DNA of 64,000 bases. Origin: Fistulifera solaris. Lineage: Eukaryota. The position numbers and the translations under genes were made by a program. Every line of letters starts with the position of its first letter. The stretch's first letter is position 1. A model generated the notes under the pieces. It was not told where the DNA came from. It saw nothing but the letters and a program-made list of their open reading frames with translations, and ran no database searches. Location of the stretch: the NCBI GenBank assembly GCA_030295235.1, contig AP026129.1:372001-436000 (forward strand), written 5' to 3'. Below, piece by piece: positions 32,104 through 44,960 of this stretch.

Positions 32104-32850
32104 ATGAGATTTGCATTACCCCTGTTAGCTACGCTCTCCTCGGTTGCTGCTAGGCCTTACAACGTTTCTGCCTTTGCCGTCTTCGGCAACGGATCTGCGC
32201 GACAAGTCTACAATTTATCCAACAACAAAATGATGATCGATCCTGATTACCCAGGAACTGCTGTAGAAAGAATGACGAATGCGCGTGAAAGGGTAGCATC
32301 GTTGAGCGCGGAGGATTTGAACGCAAGTTGGCCGACTGTTCGTCGAAAGATCTTGTGGGCGGGTGGTTTGCGTGATTTACCCGATGCAGTCCCTGGTCAA
32401 GGCTATACGGGTCATTCCTTCAATGATTTCAATCATGTTGATTTGACTTGTATGATCGATCAAGCCTCGGATAATGAAAATGACGGATCGGTCAAGGGAA
32501 TTGCGATTGGCAACCGACTCGGGAATGGCATCCGTGTTGCTTCCTTGCCGGAATTAGGTCCAGGAGGTTCCTGGTCGACTTGTGCTCTTGGTTGCAACAA
32601 AGAGCCTCCACAAGATGTTGCGCACATCCAATTTAAAGCACGAATAGCCTTCAAGTTGGTGTGAGTGCCGAACGAAAACTTTGATACATTTGTCCTCGTT
32701 GATGACGATGGAAATCTTCTAGCACAAGGCAAGCCCAGCGGAGGCGAATTACCATCCCTGCGCGAACGACAAATGAACTATCACATTGTGGCAGGTTCGA
32801 AATATGCCAAGGCGGCCGATCTAATTGCCAGTCAAGCAGCATCTGAATAG
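32104..32850 (+). CDS. Conserved hypothetical protein, probably plastid-targeted, with one in-frame TGA
   Basis: Signal peptide plus VSA-F motif; ORFs 32065-32664 and 32665-32850 are in the same frame separated only by TGA (FKLV*VPNENF). Confidence 0.65.
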
Positions 32851-32937
32851 GTAAACATTTTAATTACAACCTTATTCACAAATTGATCATTAGCTCTCAA
32901 CAATATTATGAAGAATGCAGCTGCAGATGGAAAGCCT

Positions 32938-34552
32938 TTAACGGTAATGAAGAAAAGCGTTGCCAGTTTTAGTTGACTGACCATTGGCAACAACTTTCAT
33001 CTTGAGAGGCGGTTCCGACGAACCGCCCGTCACCATAATGCGCAGCAAGGATTCGACTCCTTGAAAGGCTGAGTCGTAGGACCACTCGTGCTTATCACCA
33101 TTCAAGTACAGAACGGGCAATTGGTTATTCAGCTCCTGCGAAAGGAATGTATCGAGAGGACCGAAGAAATGGAAATGTGCAGAAGTAGGATTGGCGTGCC
33201 CGAATATGACGACGCGACCGGTTTCACCAATCGTGGCACTGTATTGACGAATCAGCGCTTTGGTCCACTCCACTTCTTCCGTCAAGCGCACTTCCCATTC
33301 CAAAGCATCGTGAACGGGTAGGCCCACAATGTTCAGGCCGACAAAGAGCGTCTTCTTGTTGACGAAAGCAAAGTTATAAGCTCGTCCGGGCTGTCGTACC
33401 ACATCGAACGTGTGATTCCAATACCGTTTATCAAATTCGAGGAAATGCTTCTTCCAAAAGCCGAGTCCTTCCTCGGGATTGGAGCAATCGATCCACTCGT
33501 TATCGCCAATGATCACAAAGACGGGCACGGGTGATTGCTTGAAGATGTCGGCCGCCAAGATAAACTCTTCTTCGAGACACAAAGGATTGTTCAAGTCGTG
33601 GTTGCGAAGGTCACCCACGTGAATGACGAATTCCGCATCCGAGGGGATATTTCTGATTTGCACTTCAATTTCCTCCGCTTGTTGCGTGGAATACGGAACA
33701 TCTCCAATCGCATAAAAGGTGGTGACATGATCTGTGACTCCTAAATCAACTTTTGGGAATACAGGGTCCGATAGAGTCGGTAACGAAGGAGCAGTGGTAG
33801 CGACAAGTACGCTTGAAGCCGCTATTGACGGAGACAGTGACTGTTGAAGAGGAGGCTTGGATGTGACTTCTGTCGCCAAAGAAGGAGCTTTGGAAGGCAA
33901 TGTCGGGAATATTGTCGGGCGTGGACTGGATCTCGAGTCTACCGGAACCACGGGGAGGTTTTTCTGGTTCCGTCTCGGCTTGTTTCGGTGATGGGGTTGG
34001 CGTCGCCACCATACTAGCCGAGTTTTCATCGCTTTTCGAATACACCATAAAGTAATAGACGGCGCCTCCGCCACCCGCAAGAAGCAAAAGAGCCAGCAAT
34101 CCAATCACGGTCCGTTGTAAACAAAAACAACCACCCGATTTTGTTCTTTCCTGAGGATTGATATCCGTTGCGGAAGAATTGTCTGAAGATGTCTCTAGTG
34201 TGCTATCACGTTGCTGCAATGTACTCTTTTGACTAGCCACTGCCAAAGTAGCTGGTTGGTAATCTGTTGCTCCAGATCGGTTACTTGGCATGGTTGTTTG
34301 TGATGTAAAAAACTCTTGCCTTTGCGCACCTCGTGTTACAACATCCAGTTGATGCATATCATTGAGGATTTGCAGTTGTGCATTGTAGACCGAGCTGCTG
34401 TTCGATTGAGTGCTTCTGTATCTATTAGTGTCTGTAGAACTGATTGTGCTCTCCATTCCTCCGGTGTTGCGTGTTTCAGTGGTCGTCCATGGCTTTCGCG
34501 CATTTGTCTCTGTTCGAGGAGCTGTTCGTCCTTGCTGTGTATCGTTTTTCAT
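32938..34552 (-). CDS. Membrane-anchored calcineurin-like metallophosphoesterase
   Basis: Low-complexity N-terminus, TM segment, PT stalk, then GDVPY, HVGD, GDNEW, FGH, LNGDKH; frameshift in the run at ~33959-33963. Confidence 0.8.
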
Positions 34553-35347
34553 TATCTCGGTTTCTCTGTTGTTTTTACAGTATCAAACACAATATCTGAG
34601 TTCCGTGACCGTGATCCTTTCACAATGATGATTTATTTATGCAGGACAAGATAGCTCCTCCAAGGACAACTTCTTGGTTTTCACCGAAAGGAGCACGCGG
34701 GAGTGTGTGGACGAGTGAATCTCCGTGCTCCGCAAAACGGATCGGATTTCGGTCGTTGGTCGAGCTGGAAGGGGAGAAAACGCCCATGTCGTGCCAAAAT
34801 TCAAACTTGAACAAGGAATTCATAGTAGAAAGTAGCCTATCTTGTTTTGTTAGGGAAATTCTGTTTCTCGTCCATATACAAAGAATACGAAAGTCGAGCC
34901 GGCCAGGTTGGTTAGTCGTTTCAAACCGATCAACGGTACTGGATTCCTACAAAACTGTACAAACCAAAATTCATGTTTTGTCGACAATGGAAGGAGTCGT
35001 CTCGGGAAGAGATGCTCTCACACGAATGTCGCGCACGTCCACGATACCCGGTGCGGTACCTGGTAACGGCGTTAAAATTCTGCCTCGTCGTAGACGCTAC
35101 GTAGAATCTTGTACTGAGAGGCAGAATTTTAACGTCCTTCCCTGGTACTCCGAGTCTTCCAGCGCGTGCGGACGTACGAAATCTAGGTGGACAGGCCTTA
35201 GCTTTCGTGACTCAGGCTAGGTTGTTACAAACGCTCATGGCAAATCATAGTATTACCAGAAAGTATCGAACGATTCTTCGCACGAGCTTCTACGATCTAT
35301 TCAATGAAGTCCTGTGAAACATGTCAAGTAACCATAGCTGCAGCATC

Positions 35348-37126
35348 TCAACATCGTTGATTGCATGAATCTAATTGAATGTCGGTTCCCAGATGTCTTG
35401 CCCAAGTTAATGTTTCGTCATCGTCCTGTAGTAACGATAGACCTTTGCGGACACCATTGATGATCGCTTCTAAATCTTGGGCTGCATGCGAAGATTTACG
35501 GTACAACACATCCTTGTGATGAATTTCGGACGACGTCGTGGCTTTTTTGAAAAAAGGATCGCCCTTTGACCATTTGAACCAGTTTTAAAACTATAGCACC
35601 CTCTGAAACTTTCTCCCCGATATATTCATCGCTTGTTGTTATGCGATCCACTAATCCGATACCCAGTGCATCATAGCCAAGCCAAATATCCCCGGTAGCA
35701 ATTTCCTCGATCGCGGAAGCAACCATTGGCCGACAGGCACTGACATGTTGTTTGAAGGCAACGTGTGTCTTATCTATCATTTGTTGAACTTTCGCCATAC
35801 CATCCCGCGTTACATCACCAATCAATCCGACGGGGCTTTATCTTTGCCGCCTTTGAACACCAATGGACGTATTCCCCAGCCCTCAAGAGTCTTTTGAATA
35901 TTAATTGTTTGACCGAGAACACCAATGCTCCCCAATACAGCGAATGGAGCTGCCAATAAACATCCCGGACTTGACGCACAAGCTATCATGTAGCCACCTG
36001 CAAGCTAAGGTGTGAGATCACGTTCCACGCAACAAAAATAACTACTCCCGGTAATATACTTACCAGATGCAGCTACTTTGTCCACGCACATAGTTACTTT
36101 TATACCCTTTCTTCTCAACCGAAGAATTTGTTGTGATGCGAGAGAATAGTCGGCAGCGCTGCCACCTTGTGATTCGAGTAAAACAACAACTTCTTGAAAC
36201 CGTGGCGAATCACCTGAATTAGTTTGTGTTTCGTAGCTTTTGATCAAGAATGATACTTCATCTCGCATGACATCCATTCTACTGACAGAGGAATCTAAGC
36301 TTGTCCAATCCATTACAACAATTGCTTCGTTGAACGAGGCATGGTTTCCGTTTAATGTAGGCTGCATCACATTCGCCATGGCGGCTGTCACGTTTGAGCT
36401 AGCCTGACTCGGAAAGTTGTTCGCACGCGTGGCCTTCTTATAGGCAACCAAGTCTCTGATATATCGCTCATTGATATTTTCAAAAGTAAAATGCTGCTTG
36501 ATAGACGGTAAATAAACGGAGCTCTCTGGAGACAAGAATTTAGACAGAAAAATAGCCAACACCGGGTTCGAATAACGCCCCATCACCAGAGCAGCTGTCA
36601 GAGGTGAAACACTGGAGTTTCCATTCTCGTTAGGTTGCTGTAAGCGACGAGCTAGTGCGAGCACAAAAAGAAATTGTACAATACGCATAGGAGAGAACGC
36701 AAGAATACGCTGTGTCGATCCAGTGTCAGGGTTCGTTACCGGCTTGGATATCAGACGCCAAGATAAACGAAGAATATCTTTTCGAAACAATGCCACGGCG
36801 ATGAGAATTGTTAACTGGATTTTGTTTTTGCGAACAAATCGTGTGATATCGTTCAGTTTGAGTTTCTGAAGACGGCTGTACGGCTTCAACGCATTCGAAA
36901 TAACACGTTCGTTTTCACTCTTTTCAGCTCGCGTCGCTGGTAGCTTTGGGGTCTTCTTGGGAGGCTTTTTCGATTTCTTTGTTGATTTAGCGGCAGTCTT
37001 ATTCTGGCTTTCACTAAAAGACGAAGACAGAGAGTCGACCTCGTCGCCGGTTTTATCTGAGGCGCTTTGCACTGGCGTAATACTTCCAACAATTGCTATG
37101 CCCAAAATGATCCAGAGATGCTTCAT
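35348..37126 (-). CDS. Peptidase S49 family protein (SohB-like) with signal peptide
   Basis: LESQGG, VDKVAASG|GYMIA across intron 36063-35998, APFAVLGSIGV, ATGDIWLG..ALGIGLVD; frameshifts near 35833 and 35530; 3' end approximate. Confidence 0.85.
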
Positions 37127-37998
37127 TTTCACAGTGCGTATGAGCGAGAAGACGACTTTCAGAACTACAATGAAGGAATAATAATGAATAATGAGGGAAG
37201 CGGCGACGATGAATGCGGATATAGTAGGAGCAAAAATGTTTGTGAAATGAATTTTCCGAACTAGACTACTAAGGTTCAAAGTGTACCAAGTTATCAGCTC
37301 TTCCATGACTGAATTTCAGTCATGAGTGATGATATTTCCAGGATTTCCTAGATAAGCTGATGCCTCATTTCCCATCGTTCTGTCAGCCTAATTAGCTGCC
37401 ATTGACTTTTTGGGAATAATTTTACCTTCAGCACTATTTCTAAGGCAAAAAATAATCATTTGCGTTGAAAAGCGTTGAGGATCGTTCTTTTCCGTATTTA
37501 CCACCCGTCTGTACCAAGTACAATAAGCCCAAAGTGATCGTCTCGGAAGCCACGACTGCATCCAGTCATGAGACAGCTCATCCATTTCTAACTGTTCACC
37601 TAGAAAGACTGCGCATCAAGGAGATGGGACCGCTTCATGCTTGATTTCAAACTCTAGAACGGAAAAAATTTTAGAACGGAAACAGCAACATCTATAGCTT
37701 GGACTATGGAGAGTCGCACCCGTAAATTATGCTATCGTGAAGAGTAATATAGCATCAGCAATAATCTGTTTGCAGGGAGAGATTGTGTACGACAAAAGCG
37801 AAAGACTAAGATGGGAACTAATATAATAATAATATTATAAACGGATTTGCTAAGACCAATTATCGCGCGACGCATAACAAGGCAACCCTTACTGTGCAAT
37901 TACTATCCACATGATATTATAGATCCCGTCCAGCCTCAATTGATGCAAAGCAAACTCTGTCGTTGTCGTACAAAGTAATGTTCCCAATTTCAGAATAC

Positions 37999-38969
37999 TT
38001 ATTGGTAAAAGTAAGCATCCAGATCTGGTATGCCACAGCTGTCTTGTAAATAACCTGCGGTTCGCGTTGGTTGACCGGTTAGATACACGTAAGAATACAC
38101 TGTCGTTCCTTTTTCCGCATAGACGTACCGCTGACCATGAGTTGGCCCCATGCTTGTGAGAGGGTAGGACCTCCACGGTTCTGGCAAAGTTTCACCTTCT
38201 TTTTTAAGTCCAAGTAACGACGTTCGCTTCGACCGTACTCTTTTTTCTGATTCGGCCCGTACGGCGGGATGCCGTGCATCTCTTTTAAGCCTGTGGCATT
38301 GTTCAAAATAACGAAAAAGGAATTGAGGGCTACTCGACCTTCTTCCCATCCTTCTAAAGCAGTCGGAACAAGACTTTTATCCAGTTCGACGGGAAGGTCG
38401 CGTCTTACGCCCGCCGTCGCCTTCGAGATCTTGCCCATGGCGCGTTCGAATGCAAATTGTGCGTCTCGCATTTCCTCCGCATACTCTGGCGGCATACTGA
38501 GTCCCAGAATACGAAATACGTTGGTAAATTCACGCTCGATACGAGAAGGATTCCCTTGCCCGCGGTTGTTGTTTGCCTGAAACAGTTCACCGACTTCACC
38601 CCAAGAATTGATATCTTCCAGCAATTCTCGCAGCTCGAAAATGTAGAAATCAGAAGAAGTCTGGAAAGTAGTATTTATCAGAAACACGAGTACGCGTTAG
38701 AACGAGAGAATCGCGGTTTAACTCCAAGATCGTACCTGCAACGGAATACGGTACTGCAGGTAGGAACGGACTGCCTCGGGTGGTAGTTCAGGCAAATTTC
38801 CATCCGTGGGACCTGTGGCTGCGGATGCTATGGAGGTGGTTGCAATAAAGGGAGTCAAGGCGACCCTGTTGATCCAATCGCGACGAGAACCCTGGAACTG
38901 TGTATTGTAGGAGTGCGCGACTTGTTTGCCGATGACTAGCAGCAAAGACCAGACCAAAATTCGAGCCAT
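37999..38969 (-). CDS. Conserved algal hypothetical protein with signal peptide and twin-arginine (lumenal-type) targeting
   Basis: Exons 38969-38736, 38660-38129, 38054-37999 with GT-AG introns; SRRDW...ASA motif after the signal peptide. Confidence 0.7.
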
Positions 38970-39460
38970 AATGCGCACAAGGTTTCTTAGGAGATACTTA
39001 CGAGAAACGAGTCGACTTTGAATGCGATGGGTAATCCTTACAGCCATGTGTCGGGAAAATGTCATCTTCATCAAACGGTTCGGATACTTTTTGCGCCGGA
39101 AAAATGGAAACTACTCTGTATACGTCATCATTCGACGGACTGGGACACCTGCTCGTTTTTAAAACTAAGGTGAAGAATCAACTTCAGACTGCCCTGTTGT
39201 GGTAGACCAAAACAATTATTTGTTGCTAGATCAAGCATTTGATAAGCAGCAAAGCTGAAAATACTAACATAAAGAACATAATCATCAAAGTAGAGAATCT
39301 TTTTGTGTTGAACATTCGCCAACACCGTACCAGTCTAGACTTTGATGAGCACAACTTGTAGTCGATTGTCTTGGCGTTTCATGATAGCAGGGACTTGTAG
39401 AACTAGGTCTGGTATTTGTATTGTCGGAACCTTGTATCGCACCAAAACAACTTGGACCCT

Positions 39461-42400
39461 TCACATTCTTTCCAAACTTTGGCGAAGGTAATCGGCAGCT
39501 AGACTCCCACTTGTATCCATCAACATCGCCAACGATTGACCTGAAATAGGTGATTCGGTCAACGCATCCTGCAAATCGTTGGTAGAAAAGTTGTTCGGAA
39601 CAAACCTAGCGACGAGAGTGAAGTAGTATCCTTGACACTCGGTCAAAACATATTTGAATCCTTCAATAAGATCCACCTGCTCTGGAGATAGCTTCGTGGA
39701 TTTTTCGCTCTTGTAGAGATTGAGTAATTGACAGACGCGCTGGATCATATGCGAAAGTAGCGGATCAAGGTAGCCCAGAATACTCGATTTCACCAAACGC
39801 ACTTTGTCATCTAATTCATCGCCGCCACTCATTGCATCAGACTTTGAGCTTAGAACATTTTCGATGTGCAGAGAAAGGCCAGTCTTCAACACCTCTCCAG
39901 CCATGTGCCACCACCGGAGCACCAGTGATTTCGTCGACCCGTCAGAAGCTGCCCCGAGACACCACTTCAATATATTCTCCAATGACACATGATTGAGGCG
40001 CAGACAATGCATGACACATCCTTCCACGACACTTCTTGAATATGACGTAGAATCCATGATCAATTCAAGTATTAGCAAATCTCTCGAATCGATAGGATCA
40101 ACTCCATGGGCAATCGTCCCTTCAGCAACTGCTTTTTCCAAGACACCGGCGATCGCATGTTTCAGCTTGTCCATCTTCTCCAAAATCAACGAAAGAGGGT
40201 CGGGGTCTCTGTCTCTAGCAACCATCACCACTTCCAAGTCTTCGCGATTTATTGCCTTTTTAATTTGATTCTTGGTTACTTTCCATGATTTCTTCGCTGG
40301 CGACAAAAGTGCGCCAAACAATACTTTGATTCTTCCAAATTTGTTGTCCGGTGAACTGGCAAGTGACTCGGAAAATTCTTCCGATAACATGTGGTTCAGC
40401 AACATATCCGAATCTAGGCTTCCTCCCCAGATCCGTGATGCCAACTCCTCAGCAAAGGAAGAAATCGCATCGATTATAAGTTCGGGTGGCAAAATCAACT
40501 GACCTGCAATAGCGCTGTTGGTGGGCAGGCAGTCCGTCACAATGGAATCAACGTTGCTTACATTCTCCAGCATTAGTGCCAATGCACTCTTGACAAATGA
40601 GCCGCGACTATTCGACCATCCATATAAAACAAACTGTTCCCAGTGTTTCCAGTATGCACTTGGCCACTGGTAATCTGTGTTCGTTAGATGGAAGGCAAAC
40701 CATTTGCTCAGGTTGTACACCGCCACGGGGACTAGAGCTGGCATGTAATCTTCGAAGAGTGTTGATACCCCTAGGGCAATAGCAGGGGAGAAAGCTGCTG
40801 GCTCTAATCTCGTCAGCTCCAGCAACACACGAGATAAATACATAACTCGTAGACTTGATCCCCGGTCACCTTGCGTTATAAGTGACAAAATCACTTCAAC
40901 AATGCAGTATTCGATGCCCATTGCGTCTTGTCCTGTAAGAACGTGGCGAAGCGCCCAGATTTGTTCGGCGACTCCTGTTGGTGAGCCATGTTCCACTCCG
41001 GTCGGTGTCACCGTGCTTTCGTGGCACAATAAACAATCTCGTACAGCTTCTCCGATAAAAAAAGCGATCGACAATTCCAAACTTTTGGCGATAGCAGTGC
41101 AGACGCTCATTGACGGGTGTATCGTCTTCCATTTCTTCATCGTCTTCATCTTTAGCCTCGGGTGGAGGCCCGAAAATGGGAAGGCGGCCGACAACTATTG
41201 CATCCAAGGACGTTTTCGCTAACTTAGTTTCCGGGGCGACGTCACCTCCGAGCAGCATGGTAAGTGCACGACAAGTCGGAAAGAGCTGTAAGGAAACGGC
41301 TTGGCCGCTGAATGTCAGAGGACTCACAGACGAAGATTCCTCTGCGCTTTGCTCTGCTCCTGCTGTGCCGTCAATGTTCTGTGTGACCGGAGCAGACATG
41401 GCTTGCCAAGGAGCGTCAGTGAACAAGGCGAAGCGAGGCTCAATACCATTATCGCCCAATGAATGCTTAAGCGTACGTAATAGATCCTGAAAGCTATCGC
41501 AAACTGCGCCCGAGTCGTCCTCTTCGTCATCGTCTTCCTCCTCGTCTTCTTCGTCCCCAGTTTCTCCTACATCCTCGTATCGTTCCGCTTTCAGAAGTAT
41601 GGACGAGCTCCCAATACCCGGCGCAAAGGCTGATTGGTAGGCTTCCATTGTTTCCTGAAGTGGATCCACAAGGTTCTCTGAAATCCAGTCGGACGAAACC
41701 ATGTCTCGAATGTAAGGAATCGTGTCCCAAACCAAATGAGCGAGAATACAAGCAACTGATTTATTGGTAGAGTATCGTTCATTGCCAGCTTGTATGGCGG
41801 CTTGTACCATGGCGTCCAAGAGATCCAGTAATGTGATTGGACGCTGATTGGTAGCCGCCAATACGGCGGACTGATCGTTGGTGTCCTGTGCCGCAACAAT
41901 ACCCATTTTTGCCAAGTTCGCTATATAGCGCAACGTTAATCTCATCCGAACTACGGCGCGCGGTCGATCTTGGTGAACTGCCACTGCTGATGTGTTACTG
42001 TCCAAACACGCTGGATCCAACAAAGTATGATCCAAATCACGTGCCAAGAAACGGAGCGCGTATTCGACGCAACGATCACTGACACCCGCAAACGGCGAAG
42101 CGCAAACGGTCGTGTGCTCGTGTACCGACAGCGTTAGCGCCGCGTAACAGGGCGTCTGCAGCGGTAAAACCGATTGACAGTGAATCAAGCTGGAAACGAA
42201 AGGACCGGCCAGTTTGTCGGCTTGTACAACGGAAGCATCGCGTTCGTACTCGAGAAACATTTCCGCTTGCGGGCCGCAGAGAAAGCTGGTCAGTGCCTTA
42301 ATTTTTTCCGTTTGAGAGACCACCACCGGTCGTTGATTCCCTTCTTCTTTAACAGATGACGGTACTTCCAGCTCCCCCACTTTGTTGATCAACTGTTGCA

Positions 42401-42707
42401 GTTGACGCAAAGCGGACAGTTTGGGGTCCTGCTCCTGCACATCGGCCTGAAATCGATTGCCGGTTTCCCGACGCGGCGCGCCTCTACCTCCGCCTTGGAA
42501 GCCTCCTCGACGATAGGGATGATATTGCTGTTGATGGTGTTGATGATGAGACGATGAATACCCACGTCCTCGTCCACGATAATTGCTTCGTCCTCGATAG
42601 TTGTTATGATGACGCCCTCGGCCACCATGTCCATAATGATTGTTCTGTCGATCCGACGAAAAGTCTCTGCGCTCATCGCGTCGATCTGATGATAAAGGAC
42701 GATCCAT
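39461..42707 (-). CDS. NCBP1: Nuclear cap-binding protein subunit 1 (CBP80)-like, MIF4G
   Basis: RGG-rich N-terminus, LPLQTPCYAAL, WFAFHLTNTDYQW...W; frameshift in the A7 run ~41057-41063. Confidence 0.75.
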
Positions 42708-42919
42708 ATCTTTTCAAAGGACCGACTGAATGATCAATCTCTAGTAGTCTTTTAATAAATTATGAAATAATGCTTCTTTGTGGGCCTGCGTCGTATTCGA
42801 CGGCTCTCATCATCATCCTCGTCGCCCCTTGATTCATTCACCATCAAACGAGCGTCGAACAGACAAGATACGGAGTACCAGGTATTGGATGGGTCGGGTA
42901 TTGGGCGGGCGGCGCCCCA

Positions 42920-43040
42920 CACCAGATTTTCTGTGTACAGTGTTACCAGAATGCCCAGAACTTCTGGGCACGAGAAAACACCACACCCCTCTAGATTTTC
43001 TGGGTACGTAAAAATACCACACGCCCAGATCTCCAAATTG
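42920..43040. repeat. Short degenerate array related to the 27.7-28.5 kb repeat
   Basis: ccagattttctg, cccagaacttctggg and ctagattttctggg units with aaatacc/aaacacc linkers. Confidence 0.5.
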
Positions 43041-43232
43041 ATGAGGCGCGGACACGCAAATTTCGACATCCTCAACAAAATTATTATAATACCAGGTACT
43101 TGTACCGTAGCGTTCTAACATTCAATTCAATTCTTTTGAACAAGTCAGGTCCGGAAGCACGCGACAATCGTTTCGCTTTTGAGGAGCTCGACCTATTTCG
43201 CTCACGTACTGTTTTATTTTAATTGCCAGAGT

Positions 43233-43755
43233 ATGCATTTTCCTATCCAATTTAATCACTGCATCATCCTTCTTGCTACAAACTCAAACTGTTTGTTGGT
43301 GACAACAGCATGGCAGAGTTCGTTTGGCGGTCTCGCAATGCCGCGTACGAAACACTCGGGGTCAACCTGGACCATGCGTGACAAGTCCGCGAGTATGGCC
43401 TTTCGTGTCGGAGATCGTGTCCAAGTTACGGAAGATTTGGTCTATCGCGACATGAATTTGAAACATCTTCGGGGGGATTGTCGTGGAAACGTGGGAAAAA
43501 TGTGAAGTCGATCCGACCTGTTGTTGTGCGGAGCAAGTGGACGTCAATATGGCTGTGCGTGTGGAATTCCAGCACGACGATGGCGTCGCCTTTACTCACT
43601 ACTTTGGGGAAGATGAACTATCTTTAGTTGAAAAGAAGAATGAAGCATTCGACGGAATGACATGCACAGCATTCAAGCTAGAGCAGCTCGAAAGTAATCA
43701 GAAACCGAGATCAATCACATTCTTTGATTCGAAAAATCAAGCGGAGAATAATTAA
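43233..43755 (+). CDS. Small probably plastid-targeted protein resembling the ferredoxin-thioredoxin reductase variable chain, with a Cys-rich insert
   Basis: Signal peptide then TTA-W; FRVGDRVQV...G.VVETW EKCEVDPTCCCAE...VRVEF...HYFGEDEL; frameshift in the G-run ~43471-43476. Confidence 0.55.
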
Positions 43756-43868
43756 TATTGTGATGACGAAGACAACCTCGACCCGTCTCTCATTTAATTC
43801 TACAAACTTCATAATTTGTACAAAAATAACTCAGCGTAACTATCTTTTCGTCAATTATTCGAATAAAC

Positions 43869-44774
43869 TTACACTGCTGGCGAGACTTTATCCCTCAAAA
43901 CAGGAACTTCGTAGATAAAATCACCACCTTTCTCGGGACGTTGTGTGACTCGGTGCAAATTGCACAAGAGCAACAACATCGCTCGTGCGGTAGCTTCTCC
44001 GTAACGAAAGAACGAACAATATTGTCGAATCTCTTGTTCGGTGACCCATGAATCACCCGTTTGTTCCAGCAATTGCTCCAAATCCGATAGGGCGTCATTG
44101 AGCATGGCGACCGAAATACCGCTCCGCATGGTCCGAGGAATCGATAATTCCAGTTCGTCTTTCGTGATGCGCTCAAACTGAATCGGCCAGGATTCCAGCG
44201 AAATAGTGTCGACGACGGCTGGAGGCGTTTTTGGTCGTGTTGATAAAAATTGTTGTCGTCGTTCGAAACCGTGTCGAATATCACTACTACCCGGCGGTTC
44301 GTTGGACACGGGTAACTGAGTTGCGGAAGAAGGGAATCGTGTCAAATTAGAAGATTGTTGTTGTAAAATACTGGATGACAGTGAAATGTTTTCACCGCGC
44401 TGTGCTTGGTCCAACATTAAAATTAAAGCGTGTCGTCGTTCAATGGCCCGTTTTTCGAGGAGCTCCATTTCGTGTATCATGGCCGCTTCTTCTTCAAGTT
44501 TTTCCTGTGTCATTTCGACGGTATGCTCCAAAGCAGCAACGCGATCACACAATTGCAACAATCGCTTCCGTATCGCAGGCGAATGTTGCTGTTCTTTCCG
44601 TAGCAGCATCGACGCTAGTTGCCGCGACTCGTGCAGTAGAGCTGCGAGCCCCGCGGCAATATCATGACTCAAGCCATCGATTGTTGGCGATGACTCATGG
44701 GCTTGATCGGACATATTGTTGCATTCTTCTTTAGATTGTTCGTGTGAGTGTTGAATAATAAGGGATGCAACCAT
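43869..44774 (-). CDS. SKA1-like kinetochore protein
   Basis: N-terminal coiled coil, disordered linker, C-terminal ITKDELE..IPRTMRS.I...LND...VTEQEIR...LCNLHRV resembling the SKA1 microtubule-binding domain; start may be 44714. Confidence 0.55.
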   Translation of the reverse strand: MVASLIIQHSHEQSKEECNNMSDQAHESSPTIDGLSHDIAAGLAALLHESRQLASMLLRKEQQHSPAIRKRLLQLCDRVAALEHTVEMTQEKLEEEAAMIHEMELLEKRAIERRHALILMLDQAQRGENISLSSSILQQQSSNLTRFPSSATQLPVSNEPPGSSDIRHGFERRQQFLSTRPKTPPAVVDTISLESWPIQFERITKDELELSIPRTMRSGISVAMLNDALSDLEQLLEQTGDSWVTEQEIRQYCSFFRYGEATARAMLLLLCNLHRVTQRPEKGGDFIYEVPVLRDKVSPAV

Positions 44775-44960
44775 AGGCCATTGACGTACCAGTACCAGGT
44801 ACGCTTTTGAGGACTGCGAATGAATGCGGATGCGCGCAATAACTACTACGTACTGTCATTTTTTTCTCCCGTCGAGGGTTGGGGGTAAAGTAAATACTGA
44901 AGACAAGAAGACAATAACGTTTGTTTCATTCACTGGTAGGTACCGGTACCTGGTACTTGG

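Noticed and set aside
34639..35220. 193-aa ORF on the + strand
   Set aside because: No recognisable motif, S/R-rich composition typical of a spurious intergenic ORF, and it contains the intergenic TACCTGGTA word
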